A stretch of DNA of 64,000 nucleotides, from NCBI GenBank assembly GCA_048938105.1, contig JBHLMN010000004.1, forward strand, positions 64,001 through 128,000, read 5' to 3'. Both the position numbers and the translations under genes were made by a program. Below, one piece after another: positions 17,682 through 27,189 of this stretch (position 1 is the first letter of the stretch; each line of letters begins with the position of its first letter). This DNA comes from Promethearchaeota archaeon (GTDB lineage: Archaea; Asgardarchaeota; Heimdallarchaeia; Hodarchaeales; Hodarchaeaceae). Under the pieces are notes generated by a model. The model ran no database searches. It had not been told where the DNA came from and saw only the letters and a program-made list of their open reading frames with translations.

Positions 17682-20099
17682 TCAAATTCTCTTAAATTCC
17701 AGTTTTATTTCTTGATAGTCAATCATTTCGATTTGTAATTGGTACATAATACCCCAGGTTACTGATTGCTTAGAAAAAGGATATTGTACTGATTTTAGTT
17801 TAAAATTCTCAGGAAATAGTATAAATAGGTCTCCTCTGTGATATCCTCGTTGTTCAAGGGTTATTTTAAGGCAATTAGAATTTGTTTCTATTCGTTTTAC
17901 CTCTTCACATCCCTGCGAGATATGTAATGTTGATGAGATTACTAAAGGAAGATGCAGATCCTCAAAAGGAATAATCCCGAGATATCGACAACCGTGTGGG
18001 GGAATGTCAAGTGGTGGTAACGATTCCTTGTAAGAAAAGCATCCGATTAATCTCTCTTCCCACCAATCAAAAATTAGATAGTGGTCAGAGATGTTCGAAT
18101 TCATAAATATATCCTTTAAAATATAATTTCTTTTGACTGGTTCATCATTCCAGTTAATGATCGCAAGTAAAGCACGTTTTCCTAATACACTTTCTGTTTC
18201 TAAAAGATAGAGTGTTGGCAGAGGTTCATATAGAGTATTAATTGGGAGAGCTGTGGCGGAGTACGGGGGCATGAGTTTTAAAGCCAAGTTTAGTCTCTCT
18301 TTCTCTATTTTCGTCATGTCATCTGAAAGTAATAATTGCCCACCTGTTAATCCAAAAATGGTGCATTGGAGCTTAATCTCCTCATCTGTTAGTTCACTAT
18401 TTTTCTTTCTTACGATCAAACAATCAGGATCATTAACCCAAAATTTATTATGCATGAAGGAACGATTAATACTTCCGATGAGAGCATATTTTAAACAGGG
18501 ATTTCCATAAATAGGGTCATCTCCAGTGTCCCACAATTCTTTCGTGTCTTCACTGACTCTCATGGCGTCGACACATCCGATACTTGGGCCTAAAGGAGCC
18601 CCACAACCAAGAAGATACTTCCCTTTCCCCATTATTTTTCGAATCAGATTTACTGATTCACGATAGACTTGAGCCCGAGTCAATCCTTTCTTGTAGTATT
18701 GACTCCTAAAAACAGAAGCAGCATAAATAAAGTCAATTTTTATGAAATCAAATTGCCACTTATTTACAATGGTGTTGATAAGATTTTCTATGTGAATTTG
18801 GACTTCAGGACGGGTTAAATCTAAAGCATATTCTGTTTGATTCCAATTATAACAAACAGGTAAGAGCTCTTGATCCTCCTGTGAGTGTAGAAACCATTCA
18901 GGATGTTTTAGGAAAAGCTCCGAGTTCTCTGCTGCAAAAAAAGGAGCAATCCATATTCCTGCAGCTTTGTTCTGTTGGTGAGTCAAATCTACAAAATCAG
19001 AAAGACCATCTAAAAATTTGTCATTAAAGGAAGTATAATCTCCAATAGCTGTAAAATAACCGTCATCGAGTTGTAACATATCAATGGGAATGTTTGGTGA
19101 TTTTTCGAAATAATTTGCGTTTGAAAGCAATTCTACATTTGAAATATCAGTATAATAATAATACCAACTACACCATCCTACTTTTGGTTGATGGATCTGG
19201 ACATTCATTCTTTTACTAGTTACTTCAGCATACTCAACTAATCCTAGGTAACCTTGGCCTTGTGATTTAAAACTGATGAGTAATTCTTCTGATTTAATAG
19301 GTTTTTTTCTTAGTTTGTTCATTGGAATACCGTCGTACTGAGAATATGCAGATAACCAAGAAATTTGCGAGGGCCCTCTGAATTGATCCATAACAATTCG
19401 TGAGAAAGAGTTTGCTAGTGTACAAAATCCAAGTATCAGACTACCCTTACTCTCTATATCAGAAATCGCAGTTAGATACTCCGACATGAACCGTCCATGA
19501 ATTAAATTATCCTTATTCTGATGAATAGACGCGATTACATCGACTTCTATAGACTGAAAAGCTTCTTCGAACATTCGGGTTTTTGTAAAACTCCAGCTTT
19601 GGAAACCATGTTCAAAAAAAGTCACATTTTCAGGATAAGTTTCAGAATTTTCATTCAATTTTATGCTTCCATTCATAATCCTTAGAGGTGCTAATGAATG
19701 TAAAGCATATGACAGGTTTTCTGCAGAGTTCTTTGAGATTATCAGCTGCAAAATACAAAAATCATGATTTTCATATAGAGTAATGCTTAATTGTGCTTTA
19801 ATTTCTACTTTCCTAATGGAAAAAGCATCAGTGAATATTAGATCAAATAAAACTTGTTTTCCTGTGCCGATCTCATCTGAAATTATTGTATCAGAGAATA
19901 CACTTTCGTCTGGTACTTTTGGTATTAAAGTTATAATCTTATTATCGTCAATAAGATTGATTGCTGGGGTAATTCCATTTATGTTAAAATTTGTTATCAA
20001 AGAAGAAATTTCTATCTCATTTGTCGATTTTAAAAACCTGATCTTGAGAGTGTTTCCCTGAATTGCTATAAATTCAACAGTTTCAAACAGTTCAATCAT
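17682..20099 (-). CDS. Glycoside hydrolase family 36 (alpha-galactosidase-like)
   Basis: Motifs GWCSWY, QLDDGY, GIWIAPF, FIKIDF, LGCGAP, MRVSED and NDPDC. Confidence 0.9.
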   Translation of the reverse strand: MIELFETVEFIAIQGNTLKIRFLKSTNEIEISSLITNFNINGITPAINLIDDNKIITLIPKVPDESVFSDTIISDEIGTGKQVLFDLIFTDAFSIRKVEIKAQLSITLYENHDFCILQLIISKNSAENLSYALHSLAPLRIMNGSIKLNENSETYPENVTFFEHGFQSWSFTKTRMFEEAFQSIEVDVIASIHQNKDNLIHGRFMSEYLTAISDIESKGSLILGFCTLANSFSRIVMDQFRGPSQISWLSAYSQYDGIPMNKLRKKPIKSEELLISFKSQGQGYLGLVEYAEVTSKRMNVQIHQPKVGWCSWYYYYTDISNVELLSNANYFEKSPNIPIDMLQLDDGYFTAIGDYTSFNDKFLDGLSDFVDLTHQQNKAAGIWIAPFFAAENSELFLKHPEWFLHSQEDQELLPVCYNWNQTEYALDLTRPEVQIHIENLINTIVNKWQFDFIKIDFIYAASVFRSQYYKKGLTRAQVYRESVNLIRKIMGKGKYLLGCGAPLGPSIGCVDAMRVSEDTKELWDTGDDPIYGNPCLKYALIGSINRSFMHNKFWVNDPDCLIVRKKNSELTDEEIKLQCTIFGLTGGQLLLSDDMTKIEKERLNLALKLMPPYSATALPINTLYEPLPTLYLLETESVLGKRALLAIINWNDEPVKRNYILKDIFMNSNISDHYLIFDWWEERLIGCFSYKESLPPLDIPPHGCRYLGIIPFEDLHLPLVISSTLHISQGCEEVKRIETNSNCLKITLEQRGYHRGDLFILFPENFKLKSVQYPFSKQSVTWGIMYQLQIEMIDYQEIKLEFKRI

Positions 20100-20226
20100 A
20101 TTTTGTCATTTTACGAATCTATTAAAAAGAAATATCATCATACTCAAGAACGGATAAATTAAGTCAATAAAGCTAGATTAGGGAGAAAATTCCTTATTTA
20201 AAAAGAAATTTCACTTATTTCCTCCA

Positions 20227-20246
20227 AATACAAAAGCTTTTGTATT
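20227..20246. promoter_or_regulatory. Perfect 20-bp palindrome AATACAAAAGCTTTTGTATT, probable operator
   Basis: Lies in the divergent GH36/aminotransferase intergenic region and ends 13 bp before the ATG at 20260. Confidence 0.6.
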
Positions 20247-20259
20247 GAATGTGACGATC

Positions 20260-21345
20260 ATGACCTTTGCCCGAATGCTTCTTGAAGAATGGTTTGATAA
20301 ATACCAGTTTGAAGTCGATTATGACATTGGAGAGAGTGGAGTAAAATTCTTCAAATTTCGTGATTTGAATTTAGATCTTGATGATGTCGAATTAAGATAC
20401 ACCCACCATTTAGGTAACCCTGAACTGAGAGAAGTCATTGCTCTGGAATATGAAAATATAAGTTGGGAGAGTATTGCAGTTACTACTGGTGCCGCAGAAT
20501 CTATTTTTTCACTTATTGCATCTTTAACAAGTAGAAAAGATCATATTATAGTAGAATGTCCCAATTATCCCTCCTTTTGGTATATTCCAGAATCCTTGGA
20601 GCGTCAAATGGATCTTTTCTCCTTAAGATTCGATGAACAATTTAAACCGAATGTTGAGACTCTAGAGGAAATGATAAGACCAAATACGAAACTAATTTGT
20701 TTAACACACCCAAATAATCCAACTGGATCTGTAATAACAGAAGAGGAACTAAAGAATATATTAGATATAATTGAAGAGAAGAAGATTTGGCTATTAATGG
20801 ATGAAACTTATAGAGATTTATCAATTAGTAAATCACCCCCTCCAACAGCTGCAAGCTTAAATTCAAGGGCTATTAGTGTTTCTACAATGTCTAAAGTGTT
20901 TGGTGTTCCTGGGATAAGAATTGGTTGGTCTGCTTGTCTTGATGAAAATGTTATCAAAGGAATTTTAAAAGTTCGGGAACAAAAAACTATTTGCAATTCA
21001 GCATTGAATGAGGTAATAGCACTGCAGCTGTTAAACCAGAAAGAAGAGCATTTACTGGATATTAAAAGACGAGTTAATACCAATATTCAAATCCTAATAG
21101 AATGGATGAAAAATCAAGAGGATTTAAAATTTATAGTTCCTGAAGGTGGAGTAACGTGTTTTCCCCGCTATAGAGAATCAACTAAGGAACTTTGTCGTCT
21201 CTTAGTAGAAAAATATAGGACATTTACAGTTCCAGGTTACTGCTTTAAGATGGATTCCTTTTTCCGTTTGGGATTTGGTGGAGAAACGGAAGAATTGAAG
21301 AAAGGGCTTGAAAAACTAAACCTAGCTATAAATGAAATTGAATGA
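20260..21345 (+). CDS. Class I/II PLP-dependent aminotransferase/lyase, paralog of 5521-6636
   Basis: Motifs HPNNPTG, DETY and MSKVFGVPGIRIGW. Confidence 0.9.
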   Translation: MTFARMLLEEWFDKYQFEVDYDIGESGVKFFKFRDLNLDLDDVELRYTHHLGNPELREVIALEYENISWESIAVTTGAAESIFSLIASLTSRKDHIIVECPNYPSFWYIPESLERQMDLFSLRFDEQFKPNVETLEEMIRPNTKLICLTHPNNPTGSVITEEELKNILDIIEEKKIWLLMDETYRDLSISKSPPPTAASLNSRAISVSTMSKVFGVPGIRIGWSACLDENVIKGILKVREQKTICNSALNEVIALQLLNQKEEHLLDIKRRVNTNIQILIEWMKNQEDLKFIVPEGGVTCFPRYRESTKELCRLLVEKYRTFTVPGYCFKMDSFFRLGFGGETEELKKGLEKLNLAINEIE

Positions 21346-21400
21346 ACAACACAAACATCATAAATCCTAAAAATATACTTATCAAAGGGTTTCGATAACG

Positions 21401-22477
21401 TTGAAAAGACCTTTGAAGATTCTCCTTACATCAGTAGGATGTCCTGGTGCACCAGCACTTATTAGACACTTAAAAGACAATGGAGAGAGAGAAATCCAGA
21501 TAATCGGCATTGATATGAACCAATATGCTACAGGATTCTATATGGTTGATAAACCGTATATTGTACCACCAGCCAAAGAAAGTAATTATATTCCATCATT
21601 GTTTAAAATAGCTGAAAAAGAGAAACCTGATGTAATTTTTCCCCAATCCTCCTATGAAGTAGGACCAATTTCTCGGAATAAAGAAAAATTTGAAGATTTA
21701 GGCGCTAAAGTAATGGTCTCCAAACCTAAACCTATCGAAATATGTAATAATAAGTATCTTTTGCTAGAATTCTTGAGATCTCATGGATTGAAGACAGCAG
21801 AATATTATTATCCGAAAGATCTCAAAGAGTTTCAAGAATGTGCAAGACTCTTAGGATTTCCAGAGAAAAAAGTTTGCTTCAAACCACATATTTCTAAAGG
21901 GAGTCGAGGCATGCGGATTATAGACCCCAAAATAAATAAGGTCGATTTACTTCTGAACAAACGTCCTTTTAATAGATATATTGATATGAATGATTTTTTT
22001 GAGATTTTTACTGATAAAGAATTCCCCAAACTTCTGCTAATGGAGTACTTAGACGGACTTGAATGTACTGTGGACACATTAGTTTCTGATGGTGAAACGC
22101 TTCTTTCAACAGTAAAAACCCGTGAAAAAGCCACATCTGGTCTAGCAATGATTTTTAAAACAGTTGATCGTCCAGACCTTGAATCATTTACAGAATTAGC
22201 TATGAAAGCACTTCGTCTTGACTACTGTATCAATGTTCAATTCAAGGGTAAACATCTTATAGAAATCAATCCACGAGTATCAACTTTTACATACCAAGAA
22301 GACCTTGTTTTACCCTATCTTTCTCTTAAATGGCTTCTTGGGGAAATTTCAAAAAAAGAACTAGCTGATCAAAAATCTAAAATAAGATATGGGAGAATAA
22401 CGATCCGCTATTATGAACAATACGGTATTAATGAATTCAATGTTCCACAAATAGATAGTAGAAGGATTATCAATTAA
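21401..22477 (+). CDS. ATP-grasp ligase (carbamoyl-phosphate-synthase-like / PylC-like single module)
   Basis: Motifs CNNKY, FKPHISKGSRG, MEYLDG.E.TVD, NVQF and IEINPR. Confidence 0.88.
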   Translation: MKRPLKILLTSVGCPGAPALIRHLKDNGEREIQIIGIDMNQYATGFYMVDKPYIVPPAKESNYIPSLFKIAEKEKPDVIFPQSSYEVGPISRNKEKFEDLGAKVMVSKPKPIEICNNKYLLLEFLRSHGLKTAEYYYPKDLKEFQECARLLGFPEKKVCFKPHISKGSRGMRIIDPKINKVDLLLNKRPFNRYIDMNDFFEIFTDKEFPKLLLMEYLDGLECTVDTLVSDGETLLSTVKTREKATSGLAMIFKTVDRPDLESFTELAMKALRLDYCINVQFKGKHLIEINPRVSTFTYQEDLVLPYLSLKWLLGEISKKELADQKSKIRYGRITIRYYEQYGINEFNVPQIDSRRIIN

Positions 22478-22505
22478 ATACTCTGTGTCATAGAGCTGTT
22501 CAGAA

Positions 22506-24014
22506 ATGACAAAGAAAAAGGAATTATCAGAATATTATGGCAAAGGAGGGCGATTGAAGACCTCTGCTGCACGAGAATTAATTGAAACAGCCTATAATTT
22601 TGAGTGTAATGAACAAAAGATATTATTTAACGATATAGGGTATGCTGATATCGCTCATGTCTTGATGTTGATTGAGGAAGGAGTGATTCCTCCTGAAAAA
22701 GGAGGTACTCTTCTTAAAGCTTTAATGGATTTACAAGAAGTAGATGTTGACAACATACCTCTCAAAACTGAATTGGGAGATATTTATAACGTTCGAACTG
22801 GTATATTAGAAGAAAAAATTGGAAAATTAACTGGTTGGATGCACGCAGGCCGCCCTCGGCGTGAAGCAATTAATATTGGTTTTTTGCTTACTGTTAGACG
22901 TCTTTTACTCAGATTGTTAAAGGTTCATCTCCTTTTAATCAATGAATTCCTAGCCAAAGCTCAAAGCCACTTGAATACAATAATGCCAGATTTCACATAT
23001 TTACATCATGCACAACCCACATCTTTGAGTCACTACTTGTTAACATTTGTATATCCTGCTTTACGAGATTTAGAGAGATTAAAAGTTAATTATGAACGAA
23101 TAAACTCAAGTCCCTGTGGTTCTGGTAGTGTGAATGGATCAAGGCTTCCCCTTAATCGAACCCGTCTTATGATATTACTAGGATTCGATAGAATGACAAA
23201 ACATACAAGGGATGCAATGTGGCAACCTGATATACCTATTGAAACAGCATCAAATTTACTGGCATTGTTAATCAATATTAACAGATTTTCTGAAGAGTTA
23301 CAAATATGGAGCACAACAGAATTTAAGATGATTGATCTTCCAGATCGTTTCTGCAGAGCAAGTGTAATTATGCCTCAAAAGAAAAATCCTTACTCGCTGA
23401 CATACATTCGTGGATTAACGGGAGATATGATAGGTACTTTTACGAGTATTGCTGGAGTAGCAAAAACTTCATCAGGCAATCCTGATTCTAGAATGTTCGT
23501 TTACGGTAAGTTGCCAAGAGCTATTGAAAATATTTCAAAAGCAGTTGATCTTTTTGCTTCTCTTATAAGAGACATGAAACCAAAAACTGAAATAATGTTA
23601 CAAAGAGCAAATGAGGGTTTTCCCCAAGCTACTGATCTTGCTGATGTCATAATGCAAGAAAAAAAAGTAGATTATCGGTCTGCACACCAAATCGTCGGCA
23701 TTCTTGCTAGAAAATCTATTGAATCTGAGTCAATAGAATTTTCTCTGACTCCTGAATCAGTTGATGAAGCTGCTAGTCAAGTTCTCGGGGAAAAAATTGG
23801 TTTAACACAAAAACAATTAGAATCAGTACTTGATCCAGTAAAAATCGTTGAAACAAGGCAAGGTCCTGGAGGTGCTTCGAAAATTCGTGTCCAAGAAATG
23901 ATTAGGGAGTGCCATGAATTCATTCAAGAGATTTCAGGATGGAGAGATGAATGTGAAGAACGTTCTTTAAATGCTCTCAATAATCTCATTTTGATAGCAA
24001 AAGAAAAAATTTGA
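22506..24014 (+). CDS. Argininosuccinate-lyase-like (fumarase/aspartase superfamily) enzyme with non-canonical active site, XcbC-like candidate
   Basis: HAGRPRRE; FTYLHHAQP versus canonical YTHLQxAQP; ASVIMPQKKNP versus canonical GSSxMPQKKNP; ATDLAD; immediately upstream of comA. Confidence 0.85.
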   Translation: MTKKKELSEYYGKGGRLKTSAARELIETAYNFECNEQKILFNDIGYADIAHVLMLIEEGVIPPEKGGTLLKALMDLQEVDVDNIPLKTELGDIYNVRTGILEEKIGKLTGWMHAGRPRREAINIGFLLTVRRLLLRLLKVHLLLINEFLAKAQSHLNTIMPDFTYLHHAQPTSLSHYLLTFVYPALRDLERLKVNYERINSSPCGSGSVNGSRLPLNRTRLMILLGFDRMTKHTRDAMWQPDIPIETASNLLALLININRFSEELQIWSTTEFKMIDLPDRFCRASVIMPQKKNPYSLTYIRGLTGDMIGTFTSIAGVAKTSSGNPDSRMFVYGKLPRAIENISKAVDLFASLIRDMKPKTEIMLQRANEGFPQATDLADVIMQEKKVDYRSAHQIVGILARKSIESESIEFSLTPESVDEAASQVLGEKIGLTQKQLESVLDPVKIVETRQGPGGASKIRVQEMIRECHEFIQEISGWRDECEERSLNALNNLILIAKEKI

Positions 24015-24793
24015 GTTGTGGAATTATGAAAAAATTACTAAATCTTCCTGAAAGAGCTAAAAAGCCAAGAGAAATTGGATTAACTCATGTTTTAGACAAA
24101 GCAATTGGTCTCTCAGCCCAAGAAGATATGCTTAACACATGTGCTTATTATATTGATATAGTGAAAATTGGGTGGGGATTAGGAGTTCTCGTACAGCACC
24201 TAAAAGATAAAATCGATTTGTATCATAAGCATAAAATCCCAGTCACCTTTGGTGGCACATTATTTGAGGTTGCCTACGCCAATAACAGGCTTGATGAATA
24301 CAAGAATTGGATGAAAGAATTAGGGGTAGGGTATATGGAGATCTCTGATGGTACAATTACCTTATCTATATCTGAGAAGTTGGATTTTATAAAGGAATTT
24401 TCCAAAGATTTCACTGTACTTTCTGAATTCGGCAGCAAAGATGCTGCAACCATTGTCGCTCCTAAAGAGTGGGTGTTAGGAATGATTATGGAACTTGATG
24501 CTGGAGCATGGAAAGTAATCGCTGAAGGCAGAGAATCAGGAACATCTGGTCTTTATCGGCGAAGTTCTGAAATCCGTACAGGTCTCGTCGATGAGCTCAT
24601 TGATGCAATTAATCATGAAAAAATCATTTGGGAGGCTCCTCAAAAGTCCCAACAAGTGTGGTTCATCAAAAAATTTGGTCCGAATGTAAATTTGGGCAAT
24701 ATTGCCCCCTCAGAAATAATTCCATTAGAAACTTTGCGTCTTGGGTTACGTGGAGACACATTGTTAACATTTCATGGTTCAAAGGAAAAATAG
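24011..24793 (+). CDS. comA: Phosphosulfolactate synthase ComA
   Basis: KPR..GLTHVLDK, IDIVKIGWG, GGTLFE, EISDG, SEFGSK, EGRESG, WEAPQK.QQ, FGPNVNLGNI and LETLRLGLRGDT. Confidence 0.95.
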   Translation: MSCGIMKKLLNLPERAKKPREIGLTHVLDKAIGLSAQEDMLNTCAYYIDIVKIGWGLGVLVQHLKDKIDLYHKHKIPVTFGGTLFEVAYANNRLDEYKNWMKELGVGYMEISDGTITLSISEKLDFIKEFSKDFTVLSEFGSKDAATIVAPKEWVLGMIMELDAGAWKVIAEGRESGTSGLYRRSSEIRTGLVDELIDAINHEKIIWEAPQKSQQVWFIKKFGPNVNLGNIAPSEIIPLETLRLGLRGDTLLTFHGSKEK

Positions 24794-24800
24794 CCCATTT

Positions 24801-25619
24801 TCAGCTTTTATCTTTTCTTCTATGAATGTCTTTTTTGAGATCGGGGTTGGAAATGGTCGTTAAACTCGAATCCAAATCAATAGTTGTTGCCATTTCCCGT
24901 ATAAATTGTTCCTTGTTTGCATGTATGTGAATTCCACATTCTTTTTTCTCCAATCCTTTCCAACGTCCCTCTCTTTCTCCTTCCCCATCATTTACGGGTG
25001 CTGTGCAGGGAACGCATCCAATACTTGGGAAATTTTTGTCATGAAGAGGATTATACGGAAGTTCATACTTTTTAATATAGAACCAGACTTTTTCTTGAGA
25101 CCAATCCCACATTGGATTGATTTTAATCATTCCCCGCCCATCTATTTCAATAACATCTAGATTTGCACGCGTTTTAAACTGATCTCTTCTTATTGCACTT
25201 AACCAAGCGTTTTTCGTTTCCAGTACTTTTAGGAGGGGTATAACCTTTCTATAATGGCAACAGATGTCAGGGTTTGTTCTGAAAGCGTTTTTTCCAATTA
25301 TAGTGTCTAATTCTTTTTCGCTAAAATTCGGATATAAAAGCTGTATATTTAGTTTCCATTCATTTCTTATTCTATTCATGAGATCAATTGTCTCTGGAAA
25401 ATGGAGACGAGTATCAATGAAATATATTGGAACTTGTGGTACTGTATCTTTAATAAAGTTCATTAAAACAATACCACTATAGCCAAAGGCAGTAGTCATT
25501 GCTAATTCTTCACTAAATTCCTCATAAGATAATAAAATGATTTCTGATACATCTCTGCCAGTGAAATCCTTTTTCAATATTTTTACTTTTCTTATCTTTT
25601 CTCTCATTGAAAATTTCAT
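24801..25619 (-). CDS. cysH: APS/PAPS reductase of the Fe-S-containing APS-reductase type
   Basis: Motifs FIDTRLHFPET, CC..RKV.PL, AIRRDQ, SIGCVPCT, REGRW and KECGIH. Confidence 0.93.
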   Translation of the reverse strand: MKFSMREKIRKVKILKKDFTGRDVSEIILLSYEEFSEELAMTTAFGYSGIVLMNFIKDTVPQVPIYFIDTRLHFPETIDLMNRIRNEWKLNIQLLYPNFSEKELDTIIGKNAFRTNPDICCHYRKVIPLLKVLETKNAWLSAIRRDQFKTRANLDVIEIDGRGMIKINPMWDWSQEKVWFYIKKYELPYNPLHDKNFPSIGCVPCTAPVNDGEGEREGRWKGLEKKECGIHIHANKEQFIREMATTIDLDSSLTTISNPDLKKDIHRRKDKS

Positions 25620-25930
25620 TTATATCACTGGTTTCTTGGATATTTAGTCAGATATTTTTCTATAGGATTAGTTAAACTCGTTTGGGATCTTCAAATCGTG
25701 ATCCTTTGGTAGAGAGGAATTAGTTGGCATTATTTCTGATTTTTAATTCTAATAAACAAGCACTCAAATTGATGTTATTAAATATTTTCAATCCTTATCA
25801 TGTGCTTCAAACATCATTTAGTATGTTAGTATCAGCTGGAGAAAGATATAATAATTCGTATTTATGAAAGAATTTCATAATTCTAGTTCTCTTGACTATC
25901 TTAATATTAAAAAAGTAATGGACATCTCAT

Positions 25931-26920
25931 TCATTGAATATTCATAAAATCTTTGATAATTATACTTAGTTTTTCCATATCAAGAGTCATGAAATTGATA
26001 AATCCATCAATTATAAACATTAAAATTCCTAAAAGTAATATTAAAGGTGTTTTACTAAATAATCCTCCTAAAAAGTAAAAACCAAAGTAGCTTAAATGAA
26101 AGAATATGAAAATTATTGGAGGCAATAAATCAGTATTCTTTTCCACAATTGGTTTTGATTGACTAAAAGGCACAAGAAGTATTATACTAGCCAAAATCAT
26201 TGTATAGATGAGAATCGATAATCCTGTCAAACCTGAAGGAATACTGTAATTATAAATACTTAAAATATTAAATAATATGTATACAGGTAGTGGAAGGACA
26301 TGAAATGATAGAAATAAAGGCAGGTATGAAAAGAAGGGAATAATTAGGAAATACAGGATCGATAAGATTGAAGGAACATTAAATTTTTTACTAATTTCTT
26401 TTTCTTCTAATCGTAACATTACCGAGAAAATAAGTACAACAAAGAACCATCCAACAAAATTCCCATAATTTACTCCAAAGAAACTATTTAAAGTGGGAAA
26501 GGGTTCCATAGGGATATCAATCCAACTCCAAAAACCACCATCAAGACGAATAGCAATTGTATCCATAGATAAATCAATAGTTAATGCCAGAAACCCATCT
26601 AATACTGAACGTGACCATTCAGGAATATTAACGACCTTGTTGGAAACATTCATACACGCATAAATGATCAAACCCCAACATAATCCAATACATATTGGAA
26701 TGTTGTCAGGAGGAGATCCAAGTTGAATAAGGAATTCAGGGGAGTACGTATAGGTATGCATTACTTGTACATTCATAAATTCAAGGGTCACTCCAAAAAG
26801 GCTTCCACTCACAATTTGAGCTATTGATTTATGATCTTTCCTCATAAACCATAAATAGAACAGAACACCAAGGAACAAGAGAAATGCTGATAATTCTGCA
26901 AATAAAGTGAAAAACACCAT
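25931..26920 (-). CDS. Polytopic membrane protein, CruF/carotenoid-hydratase-like
   Basis: Many TMs; E...YTY, DLSMD...WSW...GVNYGNFVGWF pattern. Confidence 0.6.
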   Translation of the reverse strand: MVFFTLFAELSAFLLFLGVLFYLWFMRKDHKSIAQIVSGSLFGVTLEFMNVQVMHTYTYSPEFLIQLGSPPDNIPICIGLCWGLIIYACMNVSNKVVNIPEWSRSVLDGFLALTIDLSMDTIAIRLDGGFWSWIDIPMEPFPTLNSFFGVNYGNFVGWFFVVLIFSVMLRLEEKEISKKFNVPSILSILYFLIIPFFSYLPLFLSFHVLPLPVYILFNILSIYNYSIPSGLTGLSILIYTMILASIILLVPFSQSKPIVEKNTDLLPPIIFIFFHLSYFGFYFLGGLFSKTPLILLLGILMFIIDGFINFMTLDMEKLSIIIKDFMNIQ

Positions 26921-27189
26921 CTTTGAACCTTCAGATTTATTTTTATGTTGAGGTGAATTCTATTTTATTCTTCTTTTGTCAATTTGTCTCTTCTAGGAGA
27001 ATCATGAGTTCTACAGAAATCATGTTTGTGTTCATAATTGTGATTTACAATATATGCTTAAATCTTAAGACAAGCATAAAAGTATCGTTTCTAAAAGAGT
27101 AGTTTCATTAGACAATATGGACGAGAATACATAGTAATACATAAAAGCAAAATGATTTGTCAATTCACTTTAAGAACGGAGATTATATT

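Noticed and set aside
21401-22477. PylC / pyrrolysine pathway or CarB
   Set aside because: No pylB/D/S/T or carA nearby; it is a single ATP-grasp module in a sulfonate context.
22506-24014. argH
   Set aside because: Catalytic motifs are altered and there are no arginine-pathway neighbours.
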